Positions 42,555 through 51,540 of a stretch of DNA of 64,000 nt are shown one piece after another. The stretch is taken from sequence record NC_048047.1; one strand, written 5' to 3'. The notes under the pieces were generated by a model. The model was not told the origin of the DNA, ran no database searches, and saw only the letters and a list, made by a program, of their open reading frames with translations. The first letter of the stretch is position 1; the number at the start of each line of letters is the position of its first letter. The position numbers were made by a program, and so were the translations under genes.

Positions 42555-43280
42555 TCAGACTTCACCGTTCAGGATCGCCACGAGGCGGTCCAGGCCGATG
42601 GCGACCTCGAAGCAGGTGAGCTTGCGCGCGCCGTTGATCTCGGGGAAGTCGGTGCGGCGAGAGGTCGACGCCACTTCCTTCCACTCGCCCTTCCAGCCGG
42701 TTTCGATGTCGATCGTCTCGGTGGCGTAGGCCGGCAGGCGGTCACTGGGGATCAGGCGGCCCTGGTCACCGACGATCAGTTCGACTTCGCGCAGGACGCT
42801 TTCGCGCACCGGCGTGGCGTAGTCGGCCTTGGTGTCCTCGGCATAGAGGCACTGGAATTCCAGTTGCCAGAACTGGTTGAAACGCAGCTTCTCAGCCGTG
42901 GCGCCGTCGCTGCTCTCGCGGCGGAACGACGGACCAGCCTGCCAGACGCACAGCGGCGCCTTGTAGCCGGACTGGCGCAGGAGGTGCTCGGCGATTTTGT
43001 AGGTGCCGGGCGTGGTCTCCGCGCGCAACGCGAAAGGCTTGTCGCCCAGGACGCCGGCCAGTTCGAAGATGTCGCTGCCGTCATAGGCGCACGAGAAGTC
43101 TTCTCGCGGCATCATCAGCGGCGTCTCGACGCGTTCGAAGCGCCAAGCCGAGTTGAGATCGAGGAGGGGTCGCGAGACGGCCTCCAGGAGACGTGCGACC
43201 ATCTGTTCGCGCAGGAGGATTTCCCGCTGCGTCCAGAAGCGCAGGCCACCACTTTGTCGGTTGTAAAGGGCGTAGCTCAT
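42555..43280 (-). CDS. Class II aminoacyl-tRNA synthetase catalytic core, GlyRS (alpha2-type)-like, without anticodon-binding domain
   Basis: 'LRAETTPG', motif 2 'WQAGPSFRRE...RFNQFWQLEFQ', 'AY..ETIDIE', 'WKEVASTSRRTDF', motif 3 'EVAIGLDR'. Confidence 0.8.
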   Translation of the reverse strand: MSYALYNRQSGGLRFWTQREILLREQMVARLLEAVSRPLLDLNSAWRFERVETPLMMPREDFSCAYDGSDIFELAGVLGDKPFALRAETTPGTYKIAEHLLRQSGYKAPLCVWQAGPSFRRESSDGATAEKLRFNQFWQLEFQCLYAEDTKADYATPVRESVLREVELIVGDQGRLIPSDRLPAYATETIDIETGWKGEWKEVASTSRRTDFPEINGARKLTCFEVAIGLDRLVAILNGEV

Positions 43281-43312
43281 GATGCTCTCATGTCATGATC
43301 CACGACACGCTG

Positions 43313-43522
43313 TCAACCACCCGTACTGAGGGCGGCCAGGGCGTCGTTCAGCTTCTTGTGGATGTCCGGCCGATCCTGCGCGTCGGTCAGGCGCTTGGGC
43401 ATCCTCTGGGGCAGTCCCAGGTATTCGCGTCCGCGTCGGCGCAGTTCGGCCGGGTCGGTGATCTGGTCCTCGAAGAGGGCGCGCAGGAGCTTACCCACGC
43501 CGATCATCTTGCCGATCAGCAC
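43313..43522 (-). CDS. Hypothetical protein (start uncertain)
   Basis: 3' part of a longer open frame with phage-like codons. Confidence 0.4.
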   Translation of the reverse strand: MLIGKMIGVGKLLRALFEDQITDPAELRRRGREYLGLPQRMPKRLTDAQDRPDIHKKLNDALAALSTGG

Positions 43523-43541
43523 CGCCTCGACAACCCGCTTG

Positions 43542-43952
43542 CTAGGCGGCTTTCGATTCTCGAAGGCTTGCAGATCGAGACACAGATCGACCCAGACTGA
43601 GTTGGCGGAGTCTCTCACGCGCTGAGAGACGGTTTGGCTCCACCACTTTGGGGGCGGGGCGGAGGCTTCTTTGGATGAGGTCTTCATAGGCCTTGGCGCC
43701 GATCTCGATCTTGGTGTTGTCCATCCGGCGGTACTGCCGCTCGCAAAAGCCCCAGACCATGGCCCAGTCGGCATCCTCGCGGGTAAAGCCCAGGACGCCC
43801 AGGGCAAGATCGAGGTCGCCGACGGTAAAGTCCATCAGGCAGATGCGCTCCTCCGGGCAGGCCGCGTCAAAGCGAGCCAGTTCGGCGTCTCGCTCGGAGA
43901 CATAGCGATGCTCACGGGTGTTGAGGGAAGGACGCATGGTCGGAGCCTTCAT
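43542..43952 (-). CDS. Hypothetical protein
   Basis: GGAG RBS before MKAPT. Confidence 0.55.
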   Translation of the reverse strand: MKAPTMRPSLNTREHRYVSERDAELARFDAACPEERICLMDFTVGDLDLALGVLGFTREDADWAMVWGFCERQYRRMDNTKIEIGAKAYEDLIQRSLRPAPKVVEPNRLSARERLRQLSLGRSVSRSASLRESKAA

Positions 43953-44055
43953 GTCACGCTCCGTGACATGGGTCAAGAATCGCGCAGAGGAACCAGGAGC
44001 CAGATGATCCCGGTCAGGACCAGCGCCACCAAGAGGAGGATAGACGCCGGTTCCA

Positions 44056-44571
44056 TCACAAGGCTTTGGCGCAGGCCAGGGCCATCCGCCAACCCCGGTC
44101 CGTCGGCTCAAAGCGCGCCACCGGCGAGATCAGCTTGGGATCATTCAGGAAGTGGGGATCAAGCCACCCCTTGTTCTTCTTGGTGATCTCGTCCAGGCTG
44201 TAGGCCTGGAACACCAGCACCTTACGGCCCTCATAGTTCGTGCAGCCGGGGTAGTCGATCTCCAGGACAAGTCCCCGGCCGCTGCGCTGCTCTCGAATCA
44301 GCTTCCATTTGACCGGATCGGGATCGCCCGGTGTCAGCGACATGGGCGAAACCCCACCTCGCGTTCGCGGCGCACTACCAGGAGAGATCGAGCCGCGTAT
44401 CGGCTCGGGCTCCCGATAGCTGCTGCCGGGCGAGATCGACGACCTGACGGCGCGCGGCGCCCCGCCGATCGAGAAGGGCCGAGGACTAGCCTCGGTCTTT
44501 CCCGTCGACAGGATGCGCGGGCCGCTCGCCGCCCTGGGCGAGCGCCCGGAAGAGAACAGCCGCATGCCCAT
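44056..44571 (-). CDS. Hypothetical protein
   Basis: TGATG coupling to the NAMPT stop. Confidence 0.55.
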   Translation of the reverse strand: MGMRLFSSGRSPRAASGPRILSTGKTEASPRPFSIGGAPRAVRSSISPGSSYREPEPIRGSISPGSAPRTRGGVSPMSLTPGDPDPVKWKLIREQRSGRGLVLEIDYPGCTNYEGRKVLVFQAYSLDEITKKNKGWLDPHFLNDPKLISPVARFEPTDRGWRMALACAKAL

Positions 44572-45989
44572 CAGAACTGCGACGCCACCAGGGTGCGGAT
44601 GTCGTCCAGGTAGTGGGCGTTGAGGACGCGACCGGTATTGAAGCGCTCGACGAGCAGGTCGTCGGGACGCACTTCGCCAGCTTCGATGTTGACCGACTGG
44701 TAGCCGGTCGAGGGGCTGTAGATCAGCGCGAAGCGGCCGGCCTTGGAGGCCTTGCCAGGATCGGTGATCGGGTCCTTCATGATCGGCGTCTCGACGCCAT
44801 CGATCACGTGATTGGAGGCCTTCATCGCCCAGCGGTTCTTATCGCGGTCCATGTCGGCTGTCGCCATACCGCCGCCGGCCGCCGTCATCACGCTGTCGGG
44901 CGCGATGCCCAGCGTCTCGGCGACGTCGAACGGCTGCATGTGCGTCTTCTCGTTCATGCCGTCGCCGGTCAGCACCTTGACGCCATAGCGAATGACGTCG
45001 CGGCCCTTGGAGTTGCGATCGGTGCCGAACCCGCCGGCCAGGATGCGCAGAACCTCGGGATTGACCTCGAAGATTTCACCCGAGTCCGGCCGGCAGACCA
45101 TCGTGATGTTCTTGTTGATGATGGCCTCCTTGCGGGTGACCAGCGTCTTGGAGAACTCGAAGATGTTCCAGGTGTCGCCGACCAGCGACAGGATGGAGCC
45201 CTCGGGCACGCGCTCGATGGCGTTGTCGATGTAGTCGGCATCGTTGTCGCGGCCGAAACCGCACGAGATCGAGTGCTCGGACGCGATGACCGAGAAGCCC
45301 GACATCTCGTGGTGGTAGTAGTAATTGACATGGCGCACGGCCGGGTAGTTGTCCGAGCCCATGAAGTGGAACAGGTGCCCGATGCCGGCGAGGCACGAGT
45401 GATCGTAGCCCATGACGCCGCGCGACGAGAAGTCCAGGAACGCGAACGGGCTCATCGGAGTGTCGCTGCGGTCGACCCACGAGGCGTTGATGCGCTGGGC
45501 GATGTAGAAGTTCCGGGTCGCGATCGAGCAGGCCGTCCACAGGTCGCGCAGGATCATCGTCTCGAAGTAGCTGGTCAGCCAGTAGAGGTCCGGGTCCAGG
45601 TTCTCGACGGTGAAGAGGACGTTCTTGACCGGCACCAGGGTGCCTTCGGCGACGGCCTTGATGCGCAGCGGCAACCAGCCACCATAGACGTCGATGATCT
45701 TGCGCCAGCCGGCCTCGTTGAACGGCACACCATGCTTGGGCAGGTCGCGACGCAGTTCGTCGATATCGGCTTCGGTGACACGCTGGCCCAGCTTGGCATA
45801 GAGCAGCGGCTGGAGGCCGGCGAACATGATCGCCGGATAATGGCCGCCACGGCTCTCGATGTAGCTGTAGACGCTCGTCGTGCCCGTCCGGTAGATCAGG
45901 AAATGGCTGAACTTGTAGCTGTCGGTATCGGCGACGAGGTTATACCGCAGCGGCGGCATGTGCTCGGGCAGGCGTTCCTTGATGCGCAA
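44571..45989 (-). CDS. nadV: Nicotinamide phosphoribosyltransferase (NAMPT)
   Basis: 'DTDSYKFSH', 'YIESRGG', 'DFSSRG', 'ASEHS', 'VGDTWN', 'RPDSG', 'GDG'. Confidence 0.93.
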   Translation of the reverse strand: MRIKERLPEHMPPLRYNLVADTDSYKFSHFLIYRTGTTSVYSYIESRGGHYPAIMFAGLQPLLYAKLGQRVTEADIDELRRDLPKHGVPFNEAGWRKIIDVYGGWLPLRIKAVAEGTLVPVKNVLFTVENLDPDLYWLTSYFETMILRDLWTACSIATRNFYIAQRINASWVDRSDTPMSPFAFLDFSSRGVMGYDHSCLAGIGHLFHFMGSDNYPAVRHVNYYYHHEMSGFSVIASEHSISCGFGRDNDADYIDNAIERVPEGSILSLVGDTWNIFEFSKTLVTRKEAIINKNITMVCRPDSGEIFEVNPEVLRILAGGFGTDRNSKGRDVIRYGVKVLTGDGMNEKTHMQPFDVAETLGIAPDSVMTAAGGGMATADMDRDKNRWAMKASNHVIDGVETPIMKDPITDPGKASKAGRFALIYSPSTGYQSVNIEAGEVRPDDLLVERFNTGRVLNAHYLDDIRTLVASQF

Positions 45990-46000
45990 AGGGTGTCTCC

Positions 46001-47170
46001 TCAGAAGCTGGCGTAGCGGCCGATCATGAAGTCGGCGATGTGGGCGTGGTCCTCGAACGTGTCGGTCGGGTCGAGGTCGAACGTAGGCATCCAGAAGGCG
46101 GCCTTGGCGTCGTCCATCCCGATCAGGCGCGGCAAGCCATAGCCCTTGGGAATTTGGAAGAGGTGTGCTTCGGTGATCAGGTGCCCTCGACGCGAGCGGT
46201 TGGGATCGTCGAACCGGTGTCCTTCACCTTGGTGGAAGGACTTCAGCAGCGTGATCGCTTCGGTCAGGAAACCCGGCGCTGGCGGGGCCGGGCGGTTGGC
46301 GACGCGGGCTTCGTGGCACTCGCCCAGGTAGGCCTGGAACGCGGGCAGATCACGGTCTTCGATGAAGATGCCGGTCTCCTCGACACCTTCACGAGCCGCG
46401 CCGTCCAGCGTGCGCTCGTACGCGTTCAGGAAGCCACCGGGCAGCCCCTTCATGCCGGTGCCTTCTTCGCCACCGCGCGTGATCATGGCGATCTGGTCGC
46501 CGGCCAGGATGACCGGGTCGACCGTCTGGTGCGGACCGTCGCCCCACTTTTCGCGATAGGCGATCTCGGCCGCCAACTGCTTCATGAGGTAGGCGTAGAC
46601 AGGGCGGTCGCGGAACTTGCGCAGGAATTCGATGGTCGGACGCGGAACGGTGCTCCAGTCGAAGCCGTCGTTCCAGCCCTTGGAGTCGAAGTCGACCGCG
46701 CCGGTGAAGTAGGCTTTGCGGATCGCGGTGGCGTTCGTCCCGCTGTCGGGGACGGGCACATAATCCCAGGCGCGGAACCATGTCAGGTACTCGCTGGTGG
46801 CGTCGCGAATGTTGCCGACCAGGGAGACGCGAGGCCGTAGCGCGTTCGTGGCGCCTCGCACCGACGCGTTCACCGAATCGATCCAGCCCGCCTTGTCGTA
46901 GGGCCGGTCGTTCAGTGGCGCGAACGAGATGCGCGACATTTCACCGGGGCTCCAGCGCTCGCGCAGGCAGGCCTCCAGGACGTCGCGTCGTTCTTCGTAG
47001 GTGAAGGGGTTGCGCGTGTCGCGGGCGACGTTGGCCGACCCGAGCATCACGTGGACACGGTCGGAGACCTCCATGGCCTTGCCGATCACATCCAGATGCC
47101 CTTCTTGGGCACACTGGAAACGGCCGATGACGCCAGCGACGTCGTAAAGCGCGGTAGAGCGAGTGGTCAT
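46001..47170 (-). CDS. nadM: Bifunctional NMN adenylyltransferase / Nudix hydrolase
   Basis: 'IGRFQ...GH', 'RNPFTYEER', 'NATAIRK..F', Nudix box 'LPGGF...ERTLDGAAREGVEETG'. Confidence 0.9.
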   Translation of the reverse strand: MTTRSTALYDVAGVIGRFQCAQEGHLDVIGKAMEVSDRVHVMLGSANVARDTRNPFTYEERRDVLEACLRERWSPGEMSRISFAPLNDRPYDKAGWIDSVNASVRGATNALRPRVSLVGNIRDATSEYLTWFRAWDYVPVPDSGTNATAIRKAYFTGAVDFDSKGWNDGFDWSTVPRPTIEFLRKFRDRPVYAYLMKQLAAEIAYREKWGDGPHQTVDPVILAGDQIAMITRGGEEGTGMKGLPGGFLNAYERTLDGAAREGVEETGIFIEDRDLPAFQAYLGECHEARVANRPAPPAPGFLTEAITLLKSFHQGEGHRFDDPNRSRRGHLITEAHLFQIPKGYGLPRLIGMDDAKAAFWMPTFDLDPTDTFEDHAHIADFMIGRYASF

Positions 47171-47190
47171 GGAGGTCCCCGAGATGTCGA

Positions 47191-47601
47191 TTAGGCTTCG
47201 TCGGCGCCGGCGTCCGCCGCCGGGGCAGCTTCGGTCTTGGCGGCGCGGCCCTTGGCCGGCGACGCCTTCTCGGGCTCGCTGACCGCCGGAGCCGCCTCCA
47301 CCGGTTCGACAGCGGCCGGCGCGGCGCCGACTTCTTCGAACTGTTCGGCAAACACGGCCGGCGCGTAGATGTCGATCCGGTGCTTGTTGACGCGGACCAG
47401 GAAGTAGCCGTTCTGGGCCTCGTGGACCTTGCCTTCCGACGGCACCAGCAGGGTGCCGTAACCCGACATGCCGATCTTGGCCCAGGTGTTCAGCGAGGTC
47501 AGGCCCTCGAAGTCCTGCGCCCACTGCGGCCACGTCGATTGATCAGCATGACGGTCCCAGGCGAAGGCCTCGACGACGACGGGCTTACGTTGATAGGGCA
47601 T
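47191..47601 (-). CDS. Hypothetical protein with Ala/Pro-rich tail
   Basis: 'Y.RKPVVVEA...DIY....F...FE' phage-type core; AAGGAGG RBS. Confidence 0.65.
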   Translation of the reverse strand: MPYQRKPVVVEAFAWDRHADQSTWPQWAQDFEGLTSLNTWAKIGMSGYGTLLVPSEGKVHEAQNGYFLVRVNKHRIDIYAPAVFAEQFEEVGAAPAAVEPVEAAPAVSEPEKASPAKGRAAKTEAAPAADAGADEA

Positions 47602-47678
47602 CAGGCCCTCCTTGTTACAGATGCGGGGAGAGGTAGCACGGTCGTGACGCGAGAACTAGCCTCGCGCCACGAATTCTA

Positions 47679-48104
47679 TCACGCCGGTTCGATGACCTTC
47701 GCGAGGTTCTTGGCCAGTTGCGTGACCGCACGCTGGTTGGTCTGGTCCAGGCCCAGGTAGGATTCGGCCAGTTCCAGGCCGCCGACGGCGGCGAACTTGG
47801 TGAAGGTGTCGGGTTCGATGTCTTCCTCCAGATCGCTGACCGCCGGGAAGAAGTAGCTGACCGGCACTTGCAGGAACTTGGCGATGTCGTAGAGCTTGGA
47901 GGCCGAGACGCGGTTGGAGCCGCGCTCGTACTTCTGGACTTGCTGGAACGTCAGGTCCAGGGCGCTGGCCAGTTGCTGCTGCGAAAAGCCCATGATCTTG
48001 CGGCGCGCGCGGATTTTCTCGCCGACATGCTTGTCGACGGGCGCGGGCTGCTTCTCGGTGGAGCCGAGCGTGGTCGGCGGGACAGCGTTCGTGACTTCGG
48101 TCAT
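47679..48104 (-). CDS. XRE-family transcription factor, alphaproteobacterial type
   Basis: 'DKHVGEKIRARR...SQQQLA..LDLTFQQVQKYERGSNRVSASKL...VSYFF'. Confidence 0.92.
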   Translation of the reverse strand: MTEVTNAVPPTTLGSTEKQPAPVDKHVGEKIRARRKIMGFSQQQLASALDLTFQQVQKYERGSNRVSASKLYDIAKFLQVPVSYFFPAVSDLEEDIEPDTFTKFAAVGGLELAESYLGLDQTNQRAVTQLAKNLAKVIEPA

Positions 48105-48550
48105 CAGAGTTCTTTCCCTTCGGGATCGAGGATCGCCAGCTTGTAGCCGCAGGCCTTGAGCGTGGCGTTCAGGGTGGAAACCAGAGGACGCCGCGTGCGG
48201 TAATCCGTCCAGTTGCGGAGGGTCGTGGAGGACGCGCCGCCACGACGGGTGATCTCGGCCTTGGAGAGATCGGTGTCTCCCAGGACCGTGATGGTCTTGA
48301 CCAGCAGTCCGTCGATCTCGGCGACAGGCACGCGACGATCACGAGGCGGGGCGGGCGAGGTATTGCGGCCGATCGGGCCTTCCACCGGAGCGCCAGACGA
48401 GTTGACCAGTTTGGCCTGGGCCTTGACCTCTTCGGGTACGACCGCCAGGGGATTGTCCTTGGCGCGGCGCGTCACCAGCTTTGGACCGCCTCGCACCGTG
48501 TCGCGGCGCGAGGAAACCTTCCAGCCCTTCTTCTTCGTGAACGTCATCAT
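48104..48550 (-). CDS. HTH protein (XRE-like C-terminal domain)
   Basis: 'LSKAEITRRGGASSTTLRNW...RPLVSTL..TLKACG'. Confidence 0.6.
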   Translation of the reverse strand: MMTFTKKKGWKVSSRRDTVRGGPKLVTRRAKDNPLAVVPEEVKAQAKLVNSSGAPVEGPIGRNTSPAPPRDRRVPVAEIDGLLVKTITVLGDTDLSKAEITRRGGASSTTLRNWTDYRTRRPLVSTLNATLKACGYKLAILDPEGKEL

Positions 48551-48556
48551 GACCTC

Positions 48557-48793
48557 CTAGCTGAAGTCTTCCATGTCCTCGATCGCGGTGATCGCGACCA
48601 GAAACTGCTTATTTCCCGAGCCAATCCACCCCACCTTACCGCGCGGCGCCAGCACGTTGACGTTGACCCAGGACGGCCGCGCGACGGTGCGGATGGGCGT
48701 GTCGCCATAGCCTTCGGCGAAGACCGGCGTACCCTTCTTGATCCGCACCCGCGAACCGACCTTGATCCTTTTCTTGATCTCCGCCGGGCTCAT
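48557..48793 (-). CDS. Hypothetical small basic protein
   Basis: SH3-like 'KVGSRVRIKKG' pattern. Confidence 0.5.
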   Translation of the reverse strand: MSPAEIKKRIKVGSRVRIKKGTPVFAEGYGDTPIRTVARPSWVNVNVLAPRGKVGWIGSGNKQFLVAITAIEDMEDFS

Positions 48794-48999
48794 AGGAGTC
48801 CTCTGGCGACCAGGACCTTCTCCGAGCCCTCGACCGGTCGTAGCCGGCCGCAGGCCTCTTCCCCATCTTGACGTCGAGAGTTGCCCCAGGATTGCCAGAA
48901 TGGCTTGGGCTCGGTGCCGCTCTTGGGGCTGCGCGTACACAGGGCAGCGCTTGGGCACTCAAGATCGCCACACATCTCGAAGTCAGGCATGGGTGTCAC
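48790..48999 (-). CDS. Small Cys-containing hypothetical protein
   Basis: 'MC...ECP....C.R' possible metal site. Confidence 0.5.
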   Translation of the reverse strand: MTPMPDFEMCGDLECPSAALCTRSPKSGTEPKPFWQSWGNSRRQDGEEACGRLRPVEGSEKVLVARGLL

Positions 49000-49219
49000 T
49001 CAGGATTTCGCGGATCGCCTCCCCTTGCAGCCGCAGCGCTTGATGATCTTCATCCAGCACCTGTAGAGCATGGACGACAGACGCCTTGGTTGCAACAGGA
49101 AGTTCGCGATTTACGATCATCTCGATCAGGTCAGCGGTATCCGCGAGCAACTCCCGATAGGTAGCTGCCTTCTTCCTCGCGGCGCGCGCCGCGTCGAGGG
49201 AGAAGAGGACGGCGGTCAC
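48983..49219 (-). CDS. Hypothetical protein
   Basis: GTGA overlap with upstream stop. Confidence 0.5.
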   Translation of the reverse strand: MTAVLFSLDAARAARKKAATYRELLADTADLIEMIVNRELPVATKASVVHALQVLDEDHQALRLQGEAIREILSDTHA

Positions 49220-49488
49220 AGGTTCTTCATCGCCAGGGATTGGATGTTGGTCTTGGAGGTGTCGAGCACGCGTTCCAGGCGCTGGGCCGCGTCGACGATC
49301 CCCGGCGGAATCATGTCGCCCTGGGCAGCCAGTTCCTTGCTGGCGGCGATCAGACCCTCGATCTGATCGATATAGTCCTGGACCTGCTGTCGGCTCTCGG
49401 CCTTGGCTGCGGCCAACAGGTCGGCCAGCTTCGCACGCGGCGCCGGAGCGTTGGGATGCAGGGTCTTGACGTTGGCGGTAGCCGGCAT
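49216..49488 (-). CDS. Hypothetical helical protein
   Basis: AAGGA RBS. Confidence 0.55.
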   Translation of the reverse strand: MPATANVKTLHPNAPAPRAKLADLLAAAKAESRQQVQDYIDQIEGLIAASKELAAQGDMIPPGIVDAAQRLERVLDTSKTNIQSLAMKNL

Positions 49489-49504
49489 CGGGGTAATCTT
49501 CCTT

Positions 49505-49729
49505 TTACTTGTCGTTGGCGATGTCGATGTACTCGACGTCAATGGTGTAGCCCGTGATCTTGGGCTGCGGCCCGAAGATCAGATTGTCGTGTATCCCCTC
49601 GGAGAGGACCTCCGACTTGATCGAGCGCACGTCAGGGTCCATGGACAAGCGCATCAGCATGGCGTTGAACGCCTCGCCGGCCTGCTCCATGGTCCCGAAG
49701 GCGCCGCGAACGTCGAAGACCCTCTTCAT
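49505..49729 (-). CDS. Hypothetical protein
   Basis: AGGA RBS. Confidence 0.5.
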   Translation of the reverse strand: MKRVFDVRGAFGTMEQAGEAFNAMLMRLSMDPDVRSIKSEVLSEGIHDNLIFGPQPKITGYTIDVEYIDIANDK

Positions 49730-49733
49730 GGCG

Positions 49734-50297
49734 CTATCCTGCGATGTGGGACGACGGCACGTAGGCGAAGGGCTCCAGGTCATGGGCCTCCACCACGCTG
49801 GCCGCTTCGCCCGCCCAGCGGTTTTCCTGCTTGGTGATCCAGGCCGACAGCACGTCAAGGCCGGCGGTCAGACCCGGAGCCTCGCTCTCGGCGATCGCCT
49901 TGATGATCTCGCAGAAGAGGTCATTGACCTCAGGCGGCTGGACACGGAAGAGAGCAGCCGCCCGCGCCGGCTCGAAGGGCTCCTTGCCCGTCAGGCCCAT
50001 CACCACCACGGCGCGGGCATAGACGTTGACCGGCACGCCCGAGCCCCACGACCCGGCCAGGGCATAGAGGTCCTCGAACTCCGGGAAGATGTCCAGCATG
50101 TCCTCGGTCGCCGCGCCCTGGGTCACGACCGTCTCGCCGCTCTCCTGGCGATCGATGATCCGATAGCCCAGCATGAAGATCGGGTCTGGATTGCCCGAGG
50201 TTTGCGCCAGACCGCCCAGGGCTTGATAGAACTGGGTCGGCGAGGCCGCCGTCAGGGGCATTTCGGCCAGGATCGGGATGAGGACTTGGTCGGTCAT
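49734..50297 (-). CDS. Hypothetical protein
   Basis: GGAG RBS. Confidence 0.6.
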   Translation of the reverse strand: MTDQVLIPILAEMPLTAASPTQFYQALGGLAQTSGNPDPIFMLGYRIIDRQESGETVVTQGAATEDMLDIFPEFEDLYALAGSWGSGVPVNVYARAVVVMGLTGKEPFEPARAAALFRVQPPEVNDLFCEIIKAIAESEAPGLTAGLDVLSAWITKQENRWAGEAASVVEAHDLEPFAYVPSSHIAG

Positions 50298-50313
50298 GAG
50301 GTCTCCGGCGCCG

Positions 50314-50646
50314 TTAGGCAGCTTGGGTTTCGAAATTGAGTTTGCGGGCGTACTGGCTGCCACCCAGGTTGTCGCGCGGCAGGACAGCGGCCTCGGCTTC
50401 GGCCAAAGGCTCGATGTGCGAGCGGATGGTCGAGGAGGACGAGAACTTCTTGGGCACGTGCTCGCGGCAGCGACCCGGCGCGCCGCGTACGTACTTGTGG
50501 TCGGCGCGGCCGGCGTGGATGTACTTGTCGGTCACCTTGGTGACCGTCTCGGCGCGGATGTTGACCAGCTTGCCCGAGATCGCCGAGATCGCCACGTACT
50601 TGACCAGTTCGCCCACCTTGGGGTTCCACAGATCAGTCATCGTCAT
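50314..50646 (-). CDS. Hypothetical protein
   Basis: AGGAG RBS. Confidence 0.55.
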   Translation of the reverse strand: MTMTDLWNPKVGELVKYVAISAISGKLVNIRAETVTKVTDKYIHAGRADHKYVRGAPGRCREHVPKKFSSSSTIRSHIEPLAEAEAAVLPRDNLGGSQYARKLNFETQAA

Positions 50647-51469
50647 TGGCTCCTTTCGAAAATCGGGGGTTCTTGATCACGGTCTGCGGCTCGCCCTTGT
50701 AGGTCTCGTGCGCCGAGACCATCGCCTTGCCGGCGACCTCTGTGCCCTGGCGGATGTAGCGAGAGCCGAAATAGGTGAGCATCTGCCCGTCCACGATCCT
50801 GATCTTGATCAGGTAGCGACCGGACATCCACGAGGTGGCCTCGCGCAGGCAGCGCGTGTCGGCAACCACGCCGGCGAACTCCATCCGCTCGCCCACCACA
50901 CCGACATGGCGCGCATGGGCCAGCCGGGCGCGCTGCTCATTGTCCCGGTCGATGAACTTCTGGACGGCAGCGACCTGGGCCTCGGTAAGGTCCTGGTGCT
51001 GGATCAGCCGCCACATCGAGGTGAGAAACTCACCAGGGTGATCGCGCTCGTCTTCCGACACCGCCTTGCGGCCGTAGAGGGCCGAGAAGCTCTGGTAGAA
51101 GGGATCGGCCGCCAGCTTGTCCTTACGGGCCTCCTTCGCCTTTTCCTCAGCCTCCAGGCGCGCGGCCTGGGCAGCCTCGTAGGCGCCCCGCTTCTTTGCG
51201 CGCTGCCGGTCACGGACGTCGTTGAGCTTGGCCAGTTCTTCGGCGGTGTAGAGTCGCTCGTGGCGGGTCTTACCCCGGCCGTGACCACCGCACTGATAGC
51301 AGGTGTAGCCGGTCATCGCCCACTGCTCAGAGCGTCCCGCACCGCCGCACCGCCCGCAGGGGTACTGAACGGCCGAGACCGGGCGACCCTTGTCGTCGAC
51401 GCCGGTCTGGCGCGCGGCCTGACCTTCCCGCAGGAAGAGTTCGACGATCTGTTCGGCGCTCTGGGTCAA
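50633..51469 (-). CDS. Zinc-finger plus OB-fold-like protein
   Basis: 'CGRCGG.G...CYQCGG.G' and C-terminal 'HVGVVGER..F...TYF...H..YKGEPQT'. Confidence 0.6.
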   Translation of the reverse strand: MTQSAEQIVELFLREGQAARQTGVDDKGRPVSAVQYPCGRCGGAGRSEQWAMTGYTCYQCGGHGRGKTRHERLYTAEELAKLNDVRDRQRAKKRGAYEAAQAARLEAEEKAKEARKDKLAADPFYQSFSALYGRKAVSEDERDHPGEFLTSMWRLIQHQDLTEAQVAAVQKFIDRDNEQRARLAHARHVGVVGERMEFAGVVADTRCLREATSWMSGRYLIKIRIVDGQMLTYFGSRYIRQGTEVAGKAMVSAHETYKGEPQTVIKNPRFSKGANDDD

Positions 51470-51540
51470 GGTCAACTCCTTTCGTTGACCTGACCATAGG
51501 GTGCATCCCGCGAGGCTGTCAACCGATATCTCGCAGAATT

